Of a stretch of DNA of 64,000 nucleotides, positions 12,604 through 22,610 are shown piece after piece. The notes beneath the pieces were generated by a model. The model saw only the letters and a list, made by a program, of their open reading frames with translations, was not told the origin of the DNA and searched no databases. How positions within the stretch are numbered: the first letter of the stretch is position 1; each line of letters begins with the position of its first letter. The DNA is taken from contig OY970065.1 in NCBI GenBank assembly GCA_963705295.1, positions 864,001 through 928,000 on the forward strand. Reading direction: 5' to 3'. A program made the position numbers and the translations under genes. The stretch is from Parachlamydiales bacterium (lineage in GTDB: Bacteria; Chlamydiota; Chlamydiia; Chlamydiales; Rhabdochlamydiaceae).

Positions 12604-13459
12604 TCAAAATACGAAGGTCATTACGCAAGGAATTTCTGGAAAAGCCGGCCGGTTTCATACGGAACAGTGTCTTCTTTATGGCTCTAAATTTGTCGGCGGT
12701 GTCACTCCTGGAAAAGGAGGACAAGAAGTCTTTGCTCTTCCTGTTTTTGATACCGTGCGGGAAGCAAAGCAAGAACTGAGACCTGATGCGACGATGATTT
12801 TTGTTCCGGCACCCTTCGCAGCCAATGCAATCCTAGAGGCAGAAGATGCCGAAATTCCGCTGATTGTCTGTATCACGGAGGGAATCCCTATCCGAGATAT
12901 GTTAGAAGTGAGCCAGGTGATGCGCCGTTCAAAAAGAAGTCGATTGATCGGACCCAATTGTCCTGGAGTTATCACACCAGGAGAATGTAAAATTGGAATC
13001 ATGCCTGGGTATATTCACAAAAAGGGGAAGATCGGCATTGTCTCTAGATCGGGAACACTCACGTATGAAGCTGTGTGGCAAACCTCTCTTTTAGATTTGG
13101 GGCAATCGACCTGTGTTGGAATTGGGGGAGATCCTCTCGGTGGGACGAATTTCATCGATGTGCTCGAACTTTTTGAGAAAGATCCTCAAACGGAGGGGAT
13201 TCTTCTCATCGGAGAAATCGGTGGAAATGCTGAAGAAGAAGCTGCCCATTGGATCCGTGAAAAGGGAACAAAACCGGTCGTTGCATTCATTGCTGGGATG
13301 ACAGCGCCTCCCGGAAAGCGGATGGGTCATGCCGGTGCGATTGTCTCTGGTGGAAAAGGGACCGCCAAGGATAAAATAGAAGCCCTCAAAAAAGCCGGTG
13401 TCACGATTGCTGAAACTGCGGCTGTTTTAGGCAAAACCATGCACGAGGTCATGAAATAA
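12587..13459 (+). CDS. sucD: Succinyl-CoA synthetase alpha subunit
   Basis: [15 protein letters not shown] and RMGHAGA. Confidence 0.98.
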   Translation: MPILVDQNTKVITQGISGKAGRFHTEQCLLYGSKFVGGVTPGKGGQEVFALPVFDTVREAKQELRPDATMIFVPAPFAANAILEAEDAEIPLIVCITEGIPIRDMLEVSQVMRRSKRSRLIGPNCPGVITPGECKIGIMPGYIHKKGKIGIVSRSGTLTYEAVWQTSLLDLGQSTCVGIGGDPLGGTNFIDVLELFEKDPQTEGILLIGEIGGNAEEEAAHWIREKGTKPVVAFIAGMTAPPGKRMGHAGAIVSGGKGTAKDKIEALKKAGVTIAETAAVLGKTMHEVMK

Positions 13460-13461
13460 CT

Positions 13462-14604
13462 GTGAAAATCCGAGGAAAAATTCCGATCACCATTCACCCC
13501 GGTTTTTGGATTTTAGCAGCACTGATTGCTATTTTGCTCGGTCAAGGCAACATCTTGAGCATGCTCGTCTGGGTTTTTGTGATTTTTTTCTCGGTCTTAT
13601 TCCATGAATTTGGACATGCTTTGACGGCGCTGGCTTTTGGGAGAAATCCACGAATAGAACTCGTTGCTATGGGAGGACTCACCTACCATGATGGTGATAA
13701 GCTTCCGTTTTGGAAACAGTTTCTCATTACCTTGAATGGACCTGTTTTTGGATTTGTCATTGTTGTGATCGCCTATTTCCTCCGAGATATCCCGGCTCTT
13801 AAGGCCGGATATGCCGGACAGCTGATGAATCAAATTCTGCTCGTGAATCTGATCTGGACCGTCGTGAATCTCGTTCCCATCCTTCCGCTCGATGGAGGAC
13901 AACTCCTCCGCATAGGCTTGGAAAAATTTTTCGCTTTCAAAGGGGTCCGTTATGCGTTTATGGCAAGCGCCGTTCTCGCGCTTCTTTTCAGCCTTTTCCT
14001 TTTCGTCACTCAAAATTTCCTCGCAGGTGCCATTTTTTTTCTGTTTGCCTTTGAGAATTTCGAAAACTTTCGAAAAAGCCGGTACGTTCGGGAAACCGAT
14101 CGGCGTGAAGATCTGAAAAAAGCCCTCATCGATAGTGAGATGATCTTGCGACAAGGAAATAAGGAAGAAGCCCTCCAAGCGTTTCAAAAAATCCGAGAGC
14201 AAACCAAAGAAGGACTGATCTACGATACAGCGACCCAATATGTCGCCTTTCTTCTCTATGATCAGGGGAAAAAAGACGAAGCCTATCCTCTCCTCCTGTC
14301 TGTGAAAGACCGTCTCGCTCCCGATGGGCTCGCTTTGCTGCACCGTCTGGCCTTTGAGCAAGGAAATTATCCCCTCGTCTTAGAACTCGCTGGTCCCGTT
14401 TTCCAATATGTTCCAGAGGCCGAAGTGGCTCTCAGAAGCGCCTACGCCGCCGCTTCTCTCAACCAAGCCGAACCATCCGTCGGTTGGCTCCAAACAGCCC
14501 AGCAATCGGGTGTTGACAACCTCAAAGAAATCATCCAAGAGAAAGTTTTCGATCCTATTCGAAACGATCCTTTTTTTGCTGAATTTACAGCCTCATTAAA
14601 CTAA
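13462..14604 (+). CDS. Site-2 (M50) membrane metalloprotease with TPR-like C-terminus
   Basis: HEFGH zinc motif, NLVPILPLDGG and multiple TM segments. Confidence 0.9.
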   Translation: MKIRGKIPITIHPGFWILAALIAILLGQGNILSMLVWVFVIFFSVLFHEFGHALTALAFGRNPRIELVAMGGLTYHDGDKLPFWKQFLITLNGPVFGFVIVVIAYFLRDIPALKAGYAGQLMNQILLVNLIWTVVNLVPILPLDGGQLLRIGLEKFFAFKGVRYAFMASAVLALLFSLFLFVTQNFLAGAIFFLFAFENFENFRKSRYVRETDRREDLKKALIDSEMILRQGNKEEALQAFQKIREQTKEGLIYDTATQYVAFLLYDQGKKDEAYPLLLSVKDRLAPDGLALLHRLAFEQGNYPLVLELAGPVFQYVPEAEVALRSAYAAASLNQAEPSVGWLQTAQQSGVDNLKEIIQEKVFDPIRNDPFFAEFTASLN

Positions 14605-16386
14605 AGCACTTTGCATGTTCCAGAACTGAGCGTACCTTCCGCTCCGTTCTAAAAGCTGTTGATGCGTTCCTTCTTCGATGATTTTTCCATGTTCGAAGAC
14701 GAGAATCCGGTCCATGTGGTGAAGGGTGGAGAGGCGGTGGGCGATGACGAGCGTTGTCCTTCCTTGCATCAAAAAGTCGAGACTCTCTTGGATTTGTTGT
14801 TCTGTGAACGAATCGAGGGCAGACGTCGCTTCATCGAGGATGAGAATGGGAGCGTCTTTTAAAATCGCCCGAGCAATGGCAATCCGTTGCCGTTGTCCAC
14901 CCGAGAGTTTGATGCCTCTTTCACCGACAAGAGTTTGGTACCCATCTTTCATCTGTTGAATAAAAGGATCGCAGTGGGCTTTTTTGGCTGCATCGATCAC
15001 TTCGTTTTCCGTGGCGGTCAATTTTCCGTAGTGGATATTTTCGAAAACGGTTCGATGGAAGAGAATCGAATCTTGCGGGATCATGGCAATGCTCTGCATC
15101 ACCGACTCGCGAGAAAATTCTTTAATGTCTTGCCCATCGAGTAAAATGCGGCCGCTGGAGACCTCGTAGAGACGGAGCAGGAGGTGGGCAAGGGTGCTTT
15201 TTCCACTTCCGGACAGACCGACTAATCCAACCTTTTCACCAGGACGGATTTTTAGACTGAGATCTTCAAAAATAGGCCGTCCATTGAAATAATGGAAAAA
15301 AACACGGTCGAACTCAATGCTTCCATGCTCGACACAAATGGCGGCCTGAGATTCTGGCTCTGGTTTTTGCTCAAGGAGCGAAAGAGCCTGTTTGCAGATT
15401 CCGACCTCTTCAGAAAATGAAATGAACTGCATTGCAAGATAGAAGGTTGAATTGACGATGCCCGTTGTCAACGTCAAAACCAAAGCAAAATCGCCAATGG
15501 TAATCCATTCTTGAAGGCGTGTGTAGATCAAAAGACCCATCATGACCATCAAAAGGCACGTGATCGAAAAACTTTGAAGAATTTTTAATTTTAGCAAATA
15601 CCAGTGAAACTTCTGCTCTTTTTGGACCATCTCGGAAAGATGTTTTTTTAAATAACGGTGTTCAAATGTTCTGGTTGCAAACAGTTTGATATTAAAAATA
15701 TTCGTGATGGCATCGACCACCTTTCCCATCACCGTACTGCGTGCTTCCGAATAATCGACGCTGTAACTCTCCGACTTTTTTGATAGAAAGAAACAGATCC
15801 CAAAAAATATGACCGACCAAACAATGAGGGCAATTGCAAAATATGGATGGACCCAGAATAAGGTGATCAATCCGAAGATGAAAAGAAGACCTCGAGAAAA
15901 GAAATCGTCAATAACCGACTGGAGGATCGAGACGATTCCCTTGGATAAATCAGAGATTTTATTCGATAAAGTACCCGCTAGGTGTGTCTGAAAAAAAGGG
16001 TACGAATAGGTTTGGAGGCGGGTCCCCACTTCTTCGATAACATCGGAGCGCATGCAAGGAAAAGTCTTTAAAACCAGATAATCATAGGCTGTTGTCAGAA
16101 GGAGTAAAAGAAAAGCCATTCCAAAGAACCCTAAAATCGGATCCCGTGCATAGTGCATGAACTGATCGGGATGATCGGCCATAGCATCAATAATGAGTTT
16201 GACCATGGTCGGTTCTAATGAAATATAGGCAGCCCAAATCAGTCCAATGCCAAATAGACCGAGCACACGAAACAGATACGGCTTGCTGAAGTGCCAAATA
16301 TACTTAGACAGGGATGTTTTCACGGTTAGTAATATATCCTTGTTTGAGTTCAGCGCCATAAACAATCCAAAGTCCCAAACAGACAA
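14596..16386 (-). CDS. ABC exporter, fused permease/ATP-binding protein (start uncertain)
   Basis: TM domain followed by GLSGSGKST, LSGGQRQR, LDEATSALD and IAHRLST. Confidence 0.93.
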   Translation of the reverse strand: MSVWDFGLFMALNSNKDILLTVKTSLSKYIWHFSKPYLFRVLGLFGIGLIWAAYISLEPTMVKLIIDAMADHPDQFMHYARDPILGFFGMAFLLLLLTTAYDYLVLKTFPCMRSDVIEEVGTRLQTYSYPFFQTHLAGTLSNKISDLSKGIVSILQSVIDDFFSRGLLFIFGLITLFWVHPYFAIALIVWSVIFFGICFFLSKKSESYSVDYSEARSTVMGKVVDAITNIFNIKLFATRTFEHRYLKKHLSEMVQKEQKFHWYLLKLKILQSFSITCLLMVMMGLLIYTRLQEWITIGDFALVLTLTTGIVNSTFYLAMQFISFSEEVGICKQALSLLEQKPEPESQAAICVEHGSIEFDRVFFHYFNGRPIFEDLSLKIRPGEKVGLVGLSGSGKSTLAHLLLRLYEVSSGRILLDGQDIKEFSRESVMQSIAMIPQDSILFHRTVFENIHYGKLTATENEVIDAAKKAHCDPFIQQMKDGYQTLVGERGIKLSGGQRQRIAIARAILKDAPILILDEATSALDSFTEQQIQESLDFLMQGRTTLVIAHRLSTLHHMDRILVFEHGKIIEEGTHQQLLERSGRYAQFWNMQSALV

Positions 16387-17239
16387 TCCCCGTTGAGGCG
16401 AAGATCATGAGCGAGAGCGATTCACCCAAGAAAAGCCATCCATGAAACGAAGCAAAAACAGGACTTAAAAGGCCGATGAAAGAGAGGAGCGTTGCGGTGT
16501 AACGCTTCAACATCATTCCGTATAAATTGTAGCAGACGATATTGGAAATAAATGCCATGAGAAGAGTCCACCCCAAGAAAGGAGCAAAGCTACCCACTGC
16601 GACAGGCGTCGGTTGCCACGATTCTATCAAAAACGAATGACCAAATGCCAAGATTCCGCCAATCATCATGCTGCTTCCATTTGCCATCAAAGGAGAAATC
16701 ATCTGATCTTTCACAATCAGGCGGAGAAGAACCCATCCGTAGACCGAGCATAGGGCCGCTCCCATGACCGCGAGTGTCGGCCATGAAAAGAAACTAAAAG
16801 CATGCAGCAGCTCTTCAGCTCCTGTCTGCAGAGTTAATATGGGTATAATACCTAAAAATCCAAGGCCGAGCCCCACAGCTTTCCGCCTGTTCATTTTCTC
16901 CCCAAAATGGAGATATGAAAAGAAGGCGGCAAAGAAAGGGGATAGGCTATAGATAAAACATGCTTTTGCAGCCGATAAATATTGGAGAGCCCAAAACTCT
17001 AGAACATTCGTCAAATAAATACTAAAAACAGCCAGAAGTCCGATCGAAACCCATTGTTTTCTAGTCAGCTTAAAAGACGACCGATTTCTCCAACCCAAAT
17101 AGGTCAAAAGAATCATACCTGCTAGGGCCATCCGAAACCCAGTCAGAAAAAAAGGGGGGCTGTATTGCAAGGCACATTTCGCTAGCGAAAACATGCTCGA
17201 CCAAACCCCGTACATGGCAATCACAATGAAAATAGACAT
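16304..17239 (-). CDS. DMT/EamA family transporter
   Basis: About 10 hydrophobic segments with the duplicated EamA pattern (SP..A......GE). Confidence 0.88.
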   Translation of the reverse strand: MSIFIVIAMYGVWSSMFSLAKCALQYSPPFFLTGFRMALAGMILLTYLGWRNRSSFKLTRKQWVSIGLLAVFSIYLTNVLEFWALQYLSAAKACFIYSLSPFFAAFFSYLHFGEKMNRRKAVGLGLGFLGIIPILTLQTGAEELLHAFSFFSWPTLAVMGAALCSVYGWVLLRLIVKDQMISPLMANGSSMMIGGILAFGHSFLIESWQPTPVAVGSFAPFLGWTLLMAFISNIVCYNLYGMMLKRYTATLLSFIGLLSPVFASFHGWLFLGESLSLMIFASTGIVCLGLWIVYGAELKQGYITNRENIPV

Positions 17240-17305
17240 TTCCGTCTATCATACCAGGGTAAATGTTGAAGTTCAATCTTAAGGAAGGAAAGAAAAGGAA
17301 TTTTT

Positions 17306-17417
17306 AACCACCGAGCACACCGAGAGCACCGAGAAAATGCAGAGGAAGAGATTCTTTTGCGGCGAAGCCGCCTCGGTGCTCTCGGTGTGCTCGGTGTGCT
17401 CGGTGTGCTCGGTGGTT
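17306..17417. repeat. Inverted array of 9-bp units (ACCGAG-NNC), 3 facing 5, around a GCGGC-GAA-GCCGC mini-hairpin
   Basis: Read directly from the sequence. It lies just downstream of the htrA stop. Confidence 0.9.
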
Positions 17418-17429
17418 TTCTCTTCTCTT

Positions 17430-18860
17430 CTATTCTATCCGGATTGAATAAAATCTTGTCATTTTTCCATGACGGATCAATAGGAGGACCCGTTTATTTT
17501 GGGATGATTCACTCACGGCCGCTTCATAATCGGAGATGTTAGAAACTTTTTTATGATTCACCGCTTGGACGAGGAAGCCGGGTCGTAGTCCTGCCATGCC
17601 TCCGGGGGATCCGGGTTTGACTTTGGTGATGACAACCCCTTCTTCGCTCGTGCTGTAGCCGAGTTGACGGGCGAGTTCAGGATTGAGATTTTCGACCTCG
17701 ATTCCCAATTTCTGAGTGACGACGGCCGGTGCATTCGACTCATCGGCAATCGATCCTAATGTGACAGGTACGACCATCGTTTTTCCTTTTCGGAGAACCT
17801 TCAGATTGACCTGAGTTCCAGGAAGCATCATCGAAATGTCGTAACGGAACGATTGGAGCGATTTGATCGGTTTATTGTTGTACTCGAGAATAATGTCACC
17901 TTGTTGGATGTCACTTTTTTCAGCCGGCGATCCTTTTTCAACCGAAGCCACGAGAACGCCTTCTGTTTTCTCAAGATTGAAGGCTGCTGCGAGATCTTTA
18001 TCCACGGGTTGGAGTCCAACGCCCATGAAGCCGCGCGTGACAGAACCTTTGTTGATCAATTGATCCATCACATTGCGTGCCATATTGCTGGGGATCGCAA
18101 ATCCAATTCCCATATAGCCGCCACTTCTGGAAACAATGGCCGTATTAATACCGACAGCGTTTCCATCGAGATCAAGAAGAGGTCCACCCGAGTTTCCAGG
18201 ATTAATCGCAGCGTCTGTTTGGATAAAATCTTCAAGATTGGTGATATTGAGGTTTTGCCGACCTTTTGCACTGACAACGCCAGCAGTCAGGGATGCTTGT
18301 AATTGGAACGGACTTCCGATTGCAAGAACCCATTCTCCGACTTCAAGTTCTTCTGAATCGGCGAGTGTCAGAAAAGGAAAATCTTTATCACGTTTTTCAA
18401 CTTGGATAATCGCGACATCGGTATACGGATCGGCTCCAATGAGTTTAGCGGAAAGAATTTCGCCGTCGTCGAGAGTCACTTCAATTTTATCCGCATCTTT
18501 GACGACATGAGCATTGGTCATGATGTATCCATCGCCCGATACAAAAAATCCCGATCCTTGGCCGAGTTGCGGCTGCGGTTGCTGTGGACGACCACCTGGA
18601 GTTCCGAAGAAATGGCGGAAGAAATCGTCTTGAAAAGGTGTAGGAGATTCAGGAAATCCAAAATTATCCATTTCAGGAGATTGGATTTCTACTTTGATAA
18701 AAACAACCGCAGGGGTCGCTTTTTTAGCTACAATGGTGAACGCTTTCTTAGAGAGACATCCGGTGCAGCAAGTGCATTCGTCTGTTTTTTTGTTTTTATC
18801 TTGTATTGCTGTCGCAAGGGGATATACAAGAAGAAGCGCAGCTACGAGAAGTGATTTCAT
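17430..18860 (-). CDS. htrA: Periplasmic serine endoprotease DegP/HtrA with two PDZ domains
   Basis: Signal peptide, TNAHVV, DVA and QTDAAINPGNSGGPL. Confidence 0.96.
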   Translation of the reverse strand: MKSLLVAALLLVYPLATAIQDKNKKTDECTCCTGCLSKKAFTIVAKKATPAVVFIKVEIQSPEMDNFGFPESPTPFQDDFFRHFFGTPGGRPQQPQPQLGQGSGFFVSGDGYIMTNAHVVKDADKIEVTLDDGEILSAKLIGADPYTDVAIIQVEKRDKDFPFLTLADSEELEVGEWVLAIGSPFQLQASLTAGVVSAKGRQNLNITNLEDFIQTDAAINPGNSGGPLLDLDGNAVGINTAIVSRSGGYMGIGFAIPSNMARNVMDQLINKGSVTRGFMGVGLQPVDKDLAAAFNLEKTEGVLVASVEKGSPAEKSDIQQGDIILEYNNKPIKSLQSFRYDISMMLPGTQVNLKVLRKGKTMVVPVTLGSIADESNAPAVVTQKLGIEVENLNPELARQLGYSTSEEGVVITKVKPGSPGGMAGLRPGFLVQAVNHKKVSNISDYEAAVSESSQNKRVLLLIRHGKMTRFYSIRIE

Positions 18861-18887
18861 ATTTTTCTCCTTCCCAAGATACTAACA

Positions 18888-19655
18888 TTAATTGAATTTT
18901 TTTTCGAAGAATTCTCGATGATTTTCGAGATGCTCGTTATGAGTGAGTTCATCCACACGGATTGGTACAACGGTGATATATCCTTGTTGTAGGAGGATAA
19001 TATCGCTATCATGAGCTTCGTCGGAATGTTCCCAACGTCCATCGAGCCAAAAATAAGGAGTCCCTTCACTCGGGTGAACTCGTTTGTCTGTATTGCTGAT
19101 CCAAATTCCTTGACCTTGGCGTGCTAATTTATAGCCACGGATGGGAGCTTCGGGAAAATTCACATTGAGAATGGTGCCTTTTGGCAAGGGATGTTCTAAA
19201 AAGTGTTTCACTAAAGATAAAATGTGGTGTTCGACACCACCATAATTAGGATTGAGATAATCTTCGCACGAAAAAGCGATGCCCGGAACACCGTTCATCG
19301 TTGCAGCAATAGCAGCACCGACCGTTCCACTCACCAAGACGGTCTTTCCAGAATTAGCCCCACGATTAATTCCTGCAACCACGAGATCGGGCTTTTCCTT
19401 CAAGATCATGCCCAAACCGAGCTTGACACAGTCGGCTGGTTTCCCATTGACTTTCCAGGCAGCAGTTTCACCCTCCCAGGCAACGGTATCAGCGCGCAAA
19501 GGAGTCTTCAAAGTGATTCCGACTCCAGAACCCGAAGCATCGTCCATGGGAGCTACGATACTCAGATCGGCATACTCAACAAGAGCTCTCCAAAGAGACC
19601 TCAATCCAGGTGCAGAAATTCCATCATCATTGGTTAGTAAAATTTTAGGTTTCAT
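18888..19655 (-). CDS. surE: 5'/3'-nucleotidase SurE
   Basis: ILLTNDDGI, G.PADCV, GINRGAN and SGTVGAA. Confidence 0.96.
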   Translation of the reverse strand: MKPKILLTNDDGISAPGLRSLWRALVEYADLSIVAPMDDASGSGVGITLKTPLRADTVAWEGETAAWKVNGKPADCVKLGLGMILKEKPDLVVAGINRGANSGKTVLVSGTVGAAIAATMNGVPGIAFSCEDYLNPNYGGVEHHILSLVKHFLEHPLPKGTILNVNFPEAPIRGYKLARQGQGIWISNTDKRVHPSEGTPYFWLDGRWEHSDEAHDSDIILLQQGYITVVPIRVDELTHNEHLENHREFFEKKFN

Positions 19656-19665
19656 AAGGGTGCAA

Positions 19666-21105
19666 TTATATCACCTCTTCGGCTTTTTGTCGCGTTGCAT
19701 AGGAGACCGAAATATTCAATAATAAACTTACAATAAAGCCTGGAATCATGGGTGAAATCGGGGTCTTGAGTAAAGGCCATAGTCCTGCGGCAATTCCTCC
19801 TCCTAAAATCCCAGCCCAAGCTCCTTGTTTTGTCACTCGGTTGGAATAGAGGGATAGAATGACCAGTGGACCAAAAGAAGAACCGATTCCTGACCAGGCA
19901 TAATTGACTAAATTATAAATTGTCGTTGTCTTTTTGAAAGCAATGAAAAAGGCGATCAATCCGACAGCAACAACTCCAAAACGGGAAATCATGAGAAGCT
20001 CTCCGGAAGAGGCTCTTGGCCGGAACATTTTCTTGTAAAAATCTTCTGTTAGGCTCGATGTCAGAACCAAAACTTGCGAACTCATGGCGTTGATCGTAGC
20101 TGCTAAAACGGCGCACAGAACAAAACCGACGATAAAAGGATGGAACGAATGTTGAACCATCTGGATGAAGACCTGCTCTGGGTCGGCTAAAAAACCATTA
20201 AAATAGGCGACACCTACAGCACCTACCAAGGTTGCACCTGTTAAAGAAAGGACCATCCACGTCATTCCGACCCATTTTGACTTGGAGATTTCTGTGACGT
20301 TTTTGATTCCCATGAATTTCGTAACAATATGAGGTTGCCCAAAATAACCGAGTCCCCAACCCAGGGCCATCGAAATGATCGATACAAACGTGTGCCTTGA
20401 AAAATCGGGAAAAAGCGATTTTGGCAAATGGTATATTTCAAAACTGTGTCCAACTCCGTGTATACCTCCGACTGTTCCCATTAAATAGAGCGGAACAAAA
20501 ATAATGACTCCGAGTAAAAAACAGCCTTGGAATAAATCGATCCAAGCCAGTGTGACGTATCCTCCTGTAAATACATAGGGGACAACGATCAAAATCCCGA
20601 TGAGAATCGCTTTCCAATACGAGATATCAAAGAGCGAGTTGAGCAAATCTCCCATTCCCATCAAGCCCGCCGAGATATAAATGGTATAAAAAACGATTAA
20701 AATCACGGCTGAAAAAAATCGAATGAGCCCTGTCGTGTCTCCCAGACGGCTTTCGAAAAAAGAGGAGAATGTCAAACTGTTGTATTGTTCTGTTGCGACC
20801 CGGATTTTTGGGGCAACAAACTGCCAGTTGAGATACATGAAAACAATCAGACCAATGGCAGTCCAAGCCCCCAAAAGTCCTTTACTAAAAATCGCAGCAG
20901 GGTAAGCAAGAAAGAGCCAGCTGCTCATATCACTCGCATGGGCAGCAAGGGCTGTCAGCCAGTAATTCAGGGACCTACTTCCAATGATGAAATCATCGGC
21001 CGATAAACTCTTCCGATACGAGAGATATCCAATGGTCAGCAAAATCAGAAAATAGATGACGATCGCTGACAGCTCAAACGTGTACATAAATAGGGATGAT
21101 AACAA
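19666..21105 (-). CDS. putP: Sodium/proline symporter (start may be 21087)
   Basis: ASDMSSWL and LGYFGQPHI motifs, with SSF-family TM pattern. Confidence 0.9.
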   Translation of the reverse strand: MLSSLFMYTFELSAIVIYFLILLTIGYLSYRKSLSADDFIIGSRSLNYWLTALAAHASDMSSWLFLAYPAAIFSKGLLGAWTAIGLIVFMYLNWQFVAPKIRVATEQYNSLTFSSFFESRLGDTTGLIRFFSAVILIVFYTIYISAGLMGMGDLLNSLFDISYWKAILIGILIVVPYVFTGGYVTLAWIDLFQGCFLLGVIIFVPLYLMGTVGGIHGVGHSFEIYHLPKSLFPDFSRHTFVSIISMALGWGLGYFGQPHIVTKFMGIKNVTEISKSKWVGMTWMVLSLTGATLVGAVGVAYFNGFLADPEQVFIQMVQHSFHPFIVGFVLCAVLAATINAMSSQVLVLTSSLTEDFYKKMFRPRASSGELLMISRFGVVAVGLIAFFIAFKKTTTIYNLVNYAWSGIGSSFGPLVILSLYSNRVTKQGAWAGILGGGIAAGLWPLLKTPISPMIPGFIVSLLLNISVSYATRQKAEEVI

Positions 21106-21123
21106 AAGAAAAATTCTTTAACT

Positions 21124-21858
21124 CTATTTTTTTAAAGCCTTCCTAGAACCATAAAGAAGACTTGCTTGAGCCAGATTGGCACGTGTATTCGGAAAAATCT
21201 CCTCTATTTGCCCCAAAAGATCTTTGACTTTTCTCCTGAGAGATTTTTGACCCACAGGACATTGACAGGTGATCCGAGCAAATCCATACATCTTTGCGAA
21301 CTCTTTGATTTCATCTTCCGCAATGAAAATGAGCGGCCGAATAATCGTAACACCATAATCGTGCATGGGAACTTTCGGTAGATTTCCAGCAAACTCAGCC
21401 TTATGCAATAAATTCATCAGCACCGTTTCAATATTATCTTCTCGGTGGTGACCAAAAGCGACCAACTTAAATCCCACCTCTTTCGCCACATCGAAAATCA
21501 GTTTTCTCCTCTCCCTCGAACAACTATAACATTCTAAATTTTCAAGCGTCCTCGAAGATGTCTTCACATAAAAAGGAACCCCCAGCTTCTCACAAATCGG
21601 CCTCAAAAATTTCTCCCCCACTGATGCCCCACACGAAAATTCACCCGCCACATGAACAGCTCGGATATCCAGTTCTGGAAACCCCCGTCCCGAAATCGCC
21701 TTCAGCAAATAAAGCAGCGTTAAACTGTCCTTGCCTCCACTCAAAGCCACTAAAATTTTATTTTCATTCTCCAAGAGATCAAACTCGAAAATCGCTTTCC
21801 GGCACATGCTTTCAAGCCTGCTACCCAACTTCGTCCAAGGCGGTGTTGCTATCATCAT
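21124..21858 (-). CDS. ttcA: tRNA 2-thiocytidine biosynthesis protein TtcA family
   Basis: PP-loop [21 protein letters not shown] and IIRPL. Confidence 0.88.
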   Translation of the reverse strand: MMIATPPWTKLGSRLESMCRKAIFEFDLLENENKILVALSGGKDSLTLLYLLKAISGRGFPELDIRAVHVAGEFSCGASVGEKFLRPICEKLGVPFYVKTSSRTLENLECYSCSRERRKLIFDVAKEVGFKLVAFGHHREDNIETVLMNLLHKAEFAGNLPKVPMHDYGVTIIRPLIFIAEDEIKEFAKMYGFARITCQCPVGQKSLRRKVKDLLGQIEEIFPNTRANLAQASLLYGSRKALKK

Positions 21859-21897
21859 ATATGCAAAAATTCTACCTCAATATATAATAATCTCCTT

Positions 21898-22086
21898 ATG
21901 GAAAAAGTTGGCCGAAACGATCCTTGCATCTGTGGATCCGGAAAGAAATTCAAGAAATGTTGTGAATCGAAGGCCGCTCGCAAGTCGATTGGCAAAGCCG
22001 AAATTATCACCGAAACCAGCAAAATGGCTTCCTTCTTCCAGCGACATGTAACACCAATATCTCCTCCCAACCCCGAACAAGTTTGA
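21898..22086 (+). CDS. SEC-C metal-binding motif protein
   Basis: [20 protein letters not shown]. Confidence 0.88.
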   Translation: MEKVGRNDPCICGSGKKFKKCCESKAARKSIGKAEIITETSKMASFFQRHVTPISPPNPEQV

Positions 22087-22129
22087 CTGGAGAGACCTTT
22101 TTTGATATAAAGATTCCGCTTTTTATTTC

Positions 22130-22201
22130 GCTGGTGTAGCTCAATGGTAGAGCAACTGACTTGTAATCAGTGGGTTGAGGGTTCAACTCCTTTCGCCAGC
22201 A
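22130..22201 (+). tRNA. tRNA-Thr(TGT)
   Basis: Cloverleaf with acceptor GCTGGTG/CGCCAGC, anticodon loop CT-TGT-AA and GGTTCAA T-arm. Confidence 0.96.
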
Positions 22202-22208
22202 TTCTTCA

Positions 22209-22290
22209 GGGGGTGTCGCATAGCGGCAATTGCAAGGGACTGTAAATCCCTCGTCTTCGGACTTCGTGTGTTCGAGTCACACCGCCCCCA
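22209..22290 (+). tRNA. tRNA-Tyr(GTA)
   Basis: Acceptor GGGGGTG/CGCCCCC, anticodon loop CT-GTA-AA, long variable arm and GTTCGA T-loop. Confidence 0.96.
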
Positions 22291-22304
22291 AATCCTCTAT
22301 AGAA
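22238..22304 (+). repeat. attL: 67-bp direct repeat (3' part of tRNA-Tyr plus 14 bp)
   Basis: Identical to 30969-31035. Confidence 0.96.
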
Positions 22305-22610
22305 ATTGATTCAAGCATTCACCAAAATCAGCCCTCTCAAAAATCTTAAATGGGGGGCCAGTGGGGTGATCGATCACAACATATCTCAACGCACTCATCC
22401 AGTTTTTGAAGTGTCTGAACATCGTTTAAGATAAAAAAATCCATAAGGTTTATTCTTTAAACACCCAAGATCCACCCATGCAATAAAAGATCTGGCTTAT
22501 ATTTGTTCATTTTCAAGGAGATATATAGAATTTAGCAGGGGATAATATATCCCTCGTTGTGAAAATTTCTCGGATTTTCTATGCTTCTCCATTTTCAAGG
22601 AAGGATAGCA

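Noticed and set aside
17306..17417. Possible CRISPR array
   Set aside because: Contiguous 9-bp units without unique spacers, inverted arrangement, and no cas genes in the window.
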